Below, piece after piece: positions 54,111-64,000 of a stretch of DNA of 64,000 nt. The notes under the pieces are model-generated. The model was given only the letters and a program-made list of their open reading frames with translations, searched no databases and was not told where the DNA came from. The DNA comes from the human T2T-CHM13v2.0 reference genome, Homo sapiens: assembly GCF_009914755.1 (NCBI RefSeq), contig NC_060926.1. One strand, given 5' to 3'. The position numbers were made by a program, and so were the translations under genes. Within the stretch, counting starts at the first letter, position 1; every line of letters begins with the position of its first letter.

Positions 54111-54739
54111 CTGGCTCCCTAAGAGCCATACTAGTTGATCCCAGTACAAACCCCTTCTTGTAGCCTCTTTCTCTAAGCCATACTTCCTCTTCTCCAATAT
54201 TCCATGTTCCCCTAATGTCCCATTTCTCCCCCAGTATTTCAGGACATTTTCTTGAGCCCTCCTGCCATTTATTTGCCCTAAGTGACGTCGGGTTGTCCCA
54301 CAGTGCTTGACCTTATTATTTTCAGATACATCAGGAAAGTGTCCGTAAATCGTCTGACCTCTACCCACCCAGTCCCTAATCTGCCTTGCCTATGGTGACC
54401 CTTTCTTGCCACCACAAGCCACATCCCACACCTTCCTCTCACTCACTATTCCAACTGATAGCCTCCCCTCTGGATGACAAATGTGTTTCTGTTCACCATG
54501 CCTATTCCTGCACACCAGCTTTGCTCACTTCCCACAGCCTATTAACCCCCTGCTGTTTATATCACAAACAGCCACGTCAACACCGCCTGCATTAGCCAGG
54601 GTGCTCTCTTTTAACCTATTGCTATGCCTCTTTATCAAGCCACAGTGCTTCTCACAGCCTCATCTCACCACAATGTAATCTCAGTCTATGTTTATTCGAC
54701 CCTGACATTGCTCAGTTAACTAAAATTTCCACCTAATGT

Positions 54740-55030
54740 ATTTTTAATTGAGATATGATGCCACCATCCTATTTATGGTGAATAAATATTTGTAAAAGAT
54801 AACACACTATGTTAGTGCAGTTATGGTGAAACAGTGCTTTCACATACTGCTGGTTAGGATTTAAAAAATGATATAGCCTTCTGGATTGTACATGTAAGTC
54901 AAGTCCTAGTAAAATCACCACTATGTAAATTTGTGTCTGTAAATCATTTCCTATTAAAATTTATACCATTTTACGTGATAATTTGATTTTCATGATTCCA
55001 TACTAAGCAAATAATCAGACAATCCCCAGA
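54740..55030 (+). mobile_element. Ancient L1ME fragment
   Basis: atggtgaaacagtgctttcacatactgctggt resembles the L1 ORF2 3' region. Confidence 0.55.
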
Positions 55031-55452
55031 AGGGCTGACCCTTCCCCTCTATACCCACCCAAATCTACACATTTATTAAGGCCACGGATTTTCTCCACCT
55101 CTGAGAAACTTTAAGGCCAGAATGAGCTCTCTCTCCTCTGAATTTCTAATATCCTTAGTGTCTTTGCATCTGATGCCTGGCATTACTGGTAATTAATTTA
55201 TTCAAACTTAACAAGCTTTGATGATACCCGCAATAAACTGGGAGTTATGTTAACACTGGAGAGACAAATGATATGAGACACAGCCTGTGATCTTGACAGG
55301 TCATCTCCTACCCTTTCTCCTTAACTGGGTTAGGGTCCCCTTGAAAGTAAGGACCAAAGCTTATTTATTTTTATATCTGAAGTACTTCACACAAAACATA
55401 GACAAAATATAGCAGATACTGAGCTAATTACTAAACATTTTGGTGAGATTCA

Positions 55453-55779
<327 letters not shown>

Positions 55780-56549
55780 TTAATGATAAAATGTGGTGTT
55801 ATCAGTTTCAAAATCCTTAATCCAAAAGGTTTCTTATGGCAGGCTAACATCAACTGAGACTGTCTCAGCCTTGGATAGTTTGACCTTGACTGATGGATAA
55901 TTTGGGATGAACTTAATTTCCAAGGTGAATATTAATTAGCCCATACTTCCTCTTATCTATAAAACAAAAACAAAGCACCCCTCAAAATTTTTTTTGGCTA
56001 GGAAAAATGTTCCAAGAATATATTTATGTATTTTTGGAAAATACATTTCTATGCCATTAAACTCCAAATAATGAAATAAGGATACTTATTAAGGGCCTGT
56101 GGCAACGTTATCTGCATTTTAGAGATGAGGTTACTGAGCCTCCGAGAGGTCAACAGATGCTAAAACTAGTAAGCAGTGAATCACCAATTTATTCCAGGCC
56201 TCCTCCAAGTGCACTGTTCTATTTCCCTAATAAACATATGTAAGTGTTTTAGAAATAGATGTTCCTAGGGGAAATTCTGTGTACCTCAAAATACCTCAAA
56301 ATTAAAGTCACTCAATGACGAGAAACAGAAAGACGTCTTGTTAGTGGATTCTGCCCATGTTCACCCCTCCTTCATCATTCACGTCACATTTACTTTTTCT
56401 AACACACATTTTGCCTGTGTTTTCTTACTTAGGTCACTATGCTCATTTTTAATTTGAAAAATGTCTATGAGTGGTGAGGATAAGCCATGAGACAGTTACG
56501 TGCATGGAACATGGGCCTTCCAAGGTACATAAACTCTTTAAGGATACCA

Positions 56550-56657
56550 ATAGAAAACAGGGTCCCAGTAGGAAACAAAGGCCACACTCAGATTAGAATA
56601 ATTCAAGGAGAATTTAATAAAGAGATTGTTTACAAATCATGTGTTTCCTTAGTACAT

Positions 56658-56688
<31 letters not shown>

Positions 56689-57021
56689 GGTAAATAGCTG
56701 TTACTGCCCTTAGACTTGAAGGGACAAGGAGAAGGAGAAGATGCAGGAAGAAAAGGAAGTTCTCTGTAACAGTAGCAGCAGAGCCAGCCCAAAATAACTT
56801 CAAGGAGATGGAGTCTGGGAGTCAACATGCTGGCCTCACTCTCTTTCAGCCCTCTGATTCCCTGCCAGGGATTCCCCATGGGTCAAAGCCAATGGGATGC
56901 CTCCTTCTGAAGCCACAGGAGCCTGCTGATAGAGTTCAGAGAGGACATCCTCCCCAGGCAGAGAACAGCGTAGAAAAGTGAAGAATGGATCAGTTGGAGC
57001 AAGTCTGAAGTATCTGGCACA
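56550..57021 (-). mobile_element. LTR33-like (ERVL) LTR with an internal poly(T)
   Basis: cagggtcccagtaggaaaca...cacactca...tttaataaagagattgtttacaaa...ctgttactgcccttagacttgaaggg...tatctggcaca; T27 at 56662-56688. Confidence 0.75.
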
Positions 57022-57022
57022 G
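56850..57022 (+). other. Candidate non-coding exon (LTR-derived)
   Basis: Acceptor cctcactctctttcag| (alternative: poly-T...taaatag| at 56697) and perfect donor CAG|GTAAGT at 57022/57023. Prediction only. Confidence 0.35.
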
Positions 57023-58465
57023 GTAAGTGAGAGTCAGCCCAAAGATTGGCCAAGTAGCACATCTTTCACATAGAAAATAGAACTATCAAATAGTCAAAGG
57101 TTGGTACTACGAAGGAATAGTCTACTCAAAATGAGAAGTGTCTAATATATATAGAATGTCCTAAAAAATCTATATGCATTTTGTTAGTAAGATATTAGAA
57201 TGTATACTAGCACAAAGGCTAAAATGATTATTTACCAGTCTTTACATTGATTTCTTCATAATTAAAAAAGTAAAATATGCTCAACATCATGAAGAAGGCA
57301 CTGTCAGCAATGGTATCTACAAGAGCAGCATATATTTTGTATTATTAAGATCTTGAAAGAGCTTGTATTTTGTTGGAGGACTTTGTAGTGTGTTTATAGA
57401 TGCAGAGCCACAAGGTGTGATGAGAACAGCACACCAGACCTTGGAAGTGGAAAACCGGCTGTCACATCATGAACTTCAGAATCCTCACCAATGAAATATC
57501 TCCTCTACTCACCCAGCGAGTATGGTTATAATGGACACATGAAAGTCCCTAATATATCATAAAATATTGCACACCATATGCCTTTCTATATATCTCTTTA
57601 TGTATGTATGTCAGAGCTTCCTAGTCAACTGAAAGCTTCTTTGGAATAGATGGTGCTCGTTTTCCAGAGAATCTACCACACAGCCTGAAATATAGTAGAT
57701 GCTCAATCAATTTTTTCGTGATACATAGATACAAGTCAGCACTTTCTCAGTATTTAATGAGACTCAGTCAGGCCATCCTCCTTAATAGGGATTTTAGATG
57801 GAGAAACAAAGACATAGAGTCAGGGAATTTCCACAAAATATGATTGTTATTAGTGTGTGCCAAAGCATGTTACAAAGCAAGTGCTTTGCGGCAAATTCAT
57901 CAGAAACGAAGAGTCAGAGGAGGGGCAGGTGTGTGGACCAAGAAAGAGAATATATATGTCCAGGTCCCAAGAGGAAGTAGCACCGTTGCCAGCCCAGGCA
58001 CTCCCAGCAGAAGCACAGGTACAGGTATAGGTATGCCCTAAGCACAGCCTCCCTCCAGAGATCTTTTCTCCCCAACCAGCCATGCCCTTGCAAGATTTCC
58101 TGACATTATCCCTCGCAGCCAGGGCTCTTTTGTTGCTGGCTGTTAAAAAGTGAAATCTTTTATGGTGTATATAAGCCAGAGGTGACACAATTAAATGAAA
58201 CTATTTGTCACATAAAATTTACATCAGCAGGAATTAAATGTCAAATAATTTAGGATTGACAGCCTCCACTGAGTCATAAAGACTCTGAATTAGTCTTGTG
58301 AAGGGTATTCTCATACAGTCCCTAATAAACTCCACTCCACCTAAGACTGACTTTCCAAAGTACCAAAAGAGGAATGTCAATAGTGAGATTGCCTTATTCC
58401 TCACAAAAAGTTGAATGGAGATTAAAAAGTCATCTTTTACTGACTATGCAGCTTTCTTAATGCAG

Positions 58466-58590
58466 GAAAAAACAGGGTAGAGAATACGGCACACAGGAAA
58501 GTGTACCCCGAAGAAGCTTTGCACATCCTCTCCTTGACCAGATATAGCTGTGTGACCTTGGGCCGATCACACCACTTCTCTGATTTACAG
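58466..58590 (+). other. Candidate non-coding exon (partly MIR-derived)
   Basis: tactgac branch-like motif, ctttcttaatgcag| acceptor, CAG|GTAATG donor. Prediction only. Confidence 0.3.
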
Positions 58591-58624
58591 GTAATGCCAT
58601 CCTCTCCTTTTAACTGCTACATTA

Positions 58625-58930
58625 AACTATTTTTTCCTAATTACTAGAATTTATTTTTAGAATAATTTTATGAAAAAAATAGACAGTACAGAGTTCTTAT
58701 ATACCCTTCTGCTCCTCCATTCTCCCAGTTTCTCCTAGGATTAACATCCTGCATTAGTGTGGCACATCTGTCACAAATGATGAACCACACTGATACATTA
58801 TTAAAGTCCACAGTATTATATTAGTGCTCACTCCATGTTTATAGTCCTAAGGGTTTTGACAAATGTTTAATGTCATATATCTGCCATTACAGTGTCATAC
58901 ACAATAGTTTCACTGTTCTAAAAAAATCTG
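58625..58930 (-). mobile_element. L1MC1/2-like 3' end
   Basis: agtacagagtt...ttaacatcctgcattagtgtggcacat...gggttttgacaaatg...aatagtttcactg. Confidence 0.82.
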
Positions 58931-59089
58931 CTCATGCAAATCCCATTCATTCATCTATTCAACATAATACTAAGTACTGGAGACACAAAGATAAATAGCA
59001 CACTGCTTGTACCTAGTAGGCACTGGGAAATATGCACATCGATGGAGTCATGGATGATGATCATCATCATAGTAGAGATCCCCGAAGCA

Positions 59090-59310
59090 TGAATATAAAC
59101 AGTTAACATGCATTAAGTATTAAACTGTACCAGCCAGAGTTAGATATTTTATATAATTTTATGTGATTACACCCTCCCAGCCACCTATGTGGTAGATGCT
59201 ATTATCATACCTTTCACATATGAGGGCCTGAGAGAGGTCCAGTGGCCTCCTCTATTGGGAACACATATGAACTCCAGAAAAGTTAGAATTGAGTCAAGTT
59301 TCTAAAACAA
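59090..59310 (-). mobile_element. MIR
   Basis: cctatgtggtagatgctattatc...gcctgagagagg. Confidence 0.7.
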
Positions 59311-59339
59311 TTGGGTTCCCTGAGTGCCTAGTAGGAAAA

Positions 59340-60077
59340 GGGGCATGCAGAACAGGAGGAACATTGGCACAGTGAAGTCACAGTGCATACATGCGCTCAG
59401 ATGCCTAAGTGAATCAATGTGTTGGTTTAAACAGGGCAAATAGGAGGTTGCAAGAGACGATGCTGAAGAGGACAAAAGCCAATTCCTGCAAAGTCTTATG
59501 TGTGCTGTTCAGGAGTTAGATCTTTATTCTATAGACAGGGAGTGCAAGGGAGGCTTAATATGATTTAGTTAGCATTTTGGAAAGATTATTCTAGAGAAGG
59601 ATTTAGAACAGTTTGGAAAGCTGAAGGAAAACTAATTATGAGACTCAGTTGAGTGGATGACACTTGGTGAACACATACTATGTACCCACACTGTACGGAG
59701 GGCTTTGCATGAAGTGTCTCACTTTTTCATCGCCTCATTTGAGGCCAAGTAGGAGATGATGGGAATCTACACCAGTGGGCATGGGGATGATGAGATATAT
59801 TTTAGAGATGTTAAGGAGACCAAAGGCATAAAGCTTGGAGACCATTTAGAGGTTTGGTCAGAAAAAATGACAGAAAAATGTTCGGTCTAAGATTTCTGAC
59901 TTGAGTAGGGAGATTGCAGATGATCTCATGTATTGAGAATAGTAACAAAGGAAAATTATTGGGTGTATAGCGAAAGTCAGAGCATTCAGATTTAGTTGTG
60001 TTGCTGTGGACTTGCCTGTTGACTACCCAGATGGTTGAATACTCAAGTCTATTGCATGGCAGAGATGACGAGGTTAA

Positions 60078-60110
<33 letters not shown>

Positions 60111-61000
60111 CACACACACTTAGAAATGATCAGCAAATAGTAGCTGCATCAAGCTAACCTGGGAGAAGATAAAACCTATCTAGGGAGAACATGTGGAATG
60201 AGAAGAGAAGTAGGCTAAAAGGTAAGTCTTGCCAAGGACAGAACTCACAAGGGAAAACTCATAAGGGATTTCTGGGGCGTGAGAAGGAATCACAAAAGGT
60301 GATAATTAGAGAGGAATAATTAGATGGATAAGAGGAGAAACAGAAGGGGAAGAGGATCATAGAAATTAAGAAAGGAAAAAGATTCACAAATAATGGAGTG
60401 GTTGACAGTGTCAAATGCCTCAGGGAGGTTGAATATGATGAGGACTGAAAGGAGTCAATTAGATTTGGCATTAGGACATTACTGATGATCCTGGTAGAAG
60501 AGCTTCACTTGAGTGGTAAGTACAGAAGCCAGATGGTCGAGTGATGAACAGGGAGTGAACGATGTGGAAGTACAGACAGCATGTGTAGATTATGCCTTCA
60601 AGAAATTGGACTGTGAAGGAGGCAAGAAGATTGAAAATGACACTTAGACAGAGAATTTCTTTTTAAGATGGGACATTTGGGTCTGTTTATCAACCATAGG
60701 AAAGCAGCCAATGGAAAAGCAGGAGAATTGAAAACAGTAAAGAAAGGAAAAATTTGATGGAGCAAGGTCTTGAAGAGTGAAGGGGTGGATGCGACTAGAA
60801 AGGGGAATAATTCTTCTTTGAAAATTGAGGAAAGGTAGAAATCTAAGCTCTGCTTATATGAGGAGTGAATCAGATCTGTGAAGCGCATCTGGAGGATGCA
60901 GGTGAGGGGCACGGAGCTGCTGGGAGTCTCTTTACAGGACCTTCCAACCTCAGAGAAAGAGCTCTTCCTAAATGAAACAGAATGGTGGGAAAGAAAGTTA
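59340..61000 (-). mobile_element. L2 (L2b/c-like), long degraded copy
   Basis: gaaagattattct, gtggttgacagtgtcaaatgcc...gatgaggactgaaagg...agatttggcattagg, atgtgtagattatgccttcaagaa. Confidence 0.75.
60078..60119. repeat. (CA)n microsatellite, interrupted
   Basis: Directly visible. Confidence 0.95.
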
Positions 61001-61254
61001 ATGGGTAGGAAGGAGTATTGAGTGTACGATGCACTGTCTGTCATTTGAATTGTATCTAGTGTAGACCACAAGAGTGTATGTCTAAGTTTTAGGATAAAAA
61101 AACTAGAAATAGAAGGTGGAAATAAAAGTAAGGCACAGCTCTGCTGAAGTCTTATGAGACATAAAGAACTCAGACCTGGGGCAGCTTTAGTGTTGCCAAC
61201 AGGTTCAGCAGCAAAGGACTTAGCCAGACATAGTGACTTCAATTCTGGGCATTA

Positions 61255-61672
61255 GTCTCAAGAATAACTGTAGAATGTGTTGGGGATGCCACATCCTGAG
61301 ACAGAGAGTGATTGGCTGGAACATCTCAGGCTCCATTCTAGTCTCTCCTAGAAACAAGATGTCCTTCAATGCTTTAGCTCACTGGTCCTCTTGTTCCCAG
61401 GATATAAAGCCCAGTGTGGGCTGCTTTCCTGCATCTCTTAGATGTGGTGCAATTGAGATATGTACAGTGGAGACTCCATCCACTCCAGGCAGCTTTCCTG
61501 AGACTTTGGGGATCAGCTTGCGATATATCCCAGGCTTTTGCCTAAATTCTGTTTTGCTGCCTATCTGTATGTTATAAATCCAACTTACGTAACATGGTGT
61601 GTGTCCAGTGGGTGCTCTGTCACATTGGATTAAGACAAGTTGATAACCTTTGCACAGTGAGCCTGTTTCACA
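61255..61672 (+). mobile_element. ERVL LTR (LTR47-like), 5' end apparently missing
   Basis: tctcaagaataactgtagaatgtg...catcctgaga...tataaa...gagactccatcc...tgcacagtgagcctgtttcaca; subfamily name from memory. Confidence 0.7.
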
Positions 61673-62609
61673 CTCCTCTCTTTCTCCTCCAATATTTGAG
61701 GAGTTGGGATTTTATGCCATGACCCCTGTTGTATCAGACTAACTACAGCCAGATAAATAATTATAAGCCCTTAGAAGTCATCGTATGGAGAGAATTCCTG
61801 CCCAGGGTGTTGGGCAACATGAACTCTAAGATTCCTTCCATCTCTGATTGTCTGGTCTGCCATTCCCCATAAACTAAGTGTAAAATCCCTGAACTCACGA
61901 AACGCATTCTGTTCCTTTACCTACAAGACTCATTCAGTGTACACAGCGAATGCTCAGTAAATTTATATTTCTGGGGTGATCAAAACTTTTTAGAATCTCC
62001 TGGGCTTGCAGAGACTAAGGCCAGCTCACAATCGGAGGGAATGTGCACACCACATAAATTTTCAACAGAAGAATGTTCCCTCCAGCTCCCACATCTGCCT
62101 CAGCCTGCAAAGCCTTGAATTCATCAGGAGATTGAGCTGATGCTGCCCCTGTGGCTTGCTGTAAAAAGGCGTATCACTAATGCCACAAAGGCACTCCCCT
62201 TCCCTCCCAGACTGTACCGCATTTTGTAGCAATACATGTTGCCAAAAGAACAAAAATCCCATTGACACATCCATGGCTGACAAGGCCTTAATTTGTGTCT
62301 GTTGATGCTGGCCCCTGACTCCCTTGTCATTAATTACACATCAATGACACATTTGCCTGTGTAATGGAGAGAGTGAGAGAAGGGGAAGAGGAGGATGCAT
62401 CTTAACAACCTTGGCATGCCTTGGCTCTGGGGACCCTGGGAGCCTGTTCAGGGGCAATTATAAATACAAACACTGCAACAGGCTTGCCTAGATTAACAGA
62501 GAAAATAAGATCTCTTCTCCAAATGAAGGAAATTGCTGATGTTGTATATTCAGCATGCTTACACGGAGGGTGAGGGGAATAAACAGCTGTCTGAGGATGT
62601 AAGACATTG

Positions 62610-62990
62610 CATTATTAATATCATCATGATAATTTACATGTCTTCTGTGCCTTAAAGTTTATGGGGTTTTTTTAATCAAATATTTTATTTGATCCTCTCT
62701 ATTATGGCAGGAAATATTTTTTGTCTTATACACAGTGCCTAAGTTAGTGTCACACACATTGCAGACATTCTATAACTATTTAGTGAATGAATACATAAAT
62801 GGACTAATACAAGAATGTTAAAGTAGGACCTCCCTTAACACTGTGTTCATATTTCAGGTGAACAAACTAAAGTGCAGAACATTTTAGGAACTTGCTCAGA
62901 TTCCTGGGATTGATAGGAGGCAGTGTCAGGACTGAGTCCCAGGTTTTATTCTTCCTGAGCCCTGGTACTCTCCCCCTTATTTTCTCTTGT
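62610..62990 (-). mobile_element. MIR fragments with a short L2 tail in between
   Basis: ttatttgatcctc...atttcaggtgaacaaactaaag...aacttgctcag...ggactgagtcccagg; cacagtgcct...tgaatgaat. Confidence 0.6.
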
Positions 62991-64000
62991 GAGGTACTTT
63001 TGCATGGGTGTGACCATTAAAAATCTCCCTGTCACAGAACCCACAAAATATGTGCACCTATTACGTAAAAAATAAATACCTGTTACAAAACTCCTTCAGT
63101 GAGCATCTCCCCATCCTGTCAGTGGTGCATTCTCTAGAACGATGCATACACAGCACTGAGCTCTGCTGACTACCACAAAGAGGAGGGTTTGGGACAGATG
63201 CCAATCTCAGCAAATGAAGAAGTGATTTCCTGCTGGCCATGGCTTATGGGGCCCTGGCTCTTTAGGAGGACTACTTGCAAGGCAGAGTTCTCTCCAGAGG
63301 CTTCAAGTGGTACCAAAGCAATGGGGCTCCCACAGACTGTGAGCTCCTGTGATGTTTCAGACACTGGATGTCCATTCTTTCTGTGGGCATGGTGCTGGTT
63401 TTGTCTTACCTTTTTGCGTATGAATGCTGTGTGTCCTAATTCCTTCTGTGCATTGTTGATACATAGTGTCACTCTTCCATAATGGAACTTTAGCAAAGCT
63501 TTTTGAACTGGAAAAACATTGTCCCTTGGAATAGAAATATTGATACGATGACATTTCCTGGGTAACACCACTAAACATGCCCTAACAGCAGTATCTTAGT
63601 AGTGCCAGCTCTCTAGCATGTCATGGAGGTTCTACATGCATCCTCGTACACAGTTCTTGATCTGCATAGACCTGAAACACACACGGGGAAGGAAATATAA
63701 AAGATTGATTTTCTAATCTCCAATGCTATATTAAAAAGCACTATAAAATAAACAACACTGCTGGAGTCTCTGGTAGGTTCCCACTTACTTGTAGAAAATG
63801 ATGTAAGTCCAGAAAAGCACAACTATACCTCACAGAGGAGTACAGAAATCTTAACTGTAATAAAAACTTGCAATACAATTGCTGAGATTGCTCACCCAAC
63901 AGTCAACAACTTTTGGCAGACACGCTCCTAATACAGTGTGGGAGATGGTTCCAGGCCAAGAATATAAAGTAACTGTCTATTTTATTAAAGTAAAAAAAAT

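Noticed and set aside
60598-61242. 214-aa ORF on the minus strand
   Set aside because: Lies largely in a degraded L2, is Ser/Phe/Leu-rich, has a non-ATG start and no recognisable domain.

Overview
This is primate (human-like) non-coding genomic DNA: AT-rich, CpG-depleted and dominated by interspersed repeats (Alu, L1, L2, MIR, L3, MaLR/ERV LTRs, Tigger/hAT fossils). I find no credible protein-coding gene, structural RNA gene, CpG island or CRISPR array. The longer ORFs I could assign derive from repeats, and the rest are short and unrecognisable. The most interesting structures are these: (1) an old L1MA with a twin-priming 5' inversion and an apparent ~1 kb 3' transduction, splitting a MER67-like LTR; (2) a 29-bp inverted repeat enclosing a ~90-bp orphan MaLR fragment; (3) a 62-bp tail-less internal piece of a young L1; (4) a three-armed chimeric Alu; (5) a full-length THE1B whose internal reading frame is largely preserved; (6) a 9x24-bp VNTR forming a RUNX-motif array; (7) two candidate repeat-derived + strand non-coding exons; (8) several repeat-free blocks rich in homeodomain/MEIS motifs that look like enhancers. 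None of these is evidence for a new biological system. Family names come from recalled consensus sequences rather than a search, and boundaries of ancient repeats are approximate.
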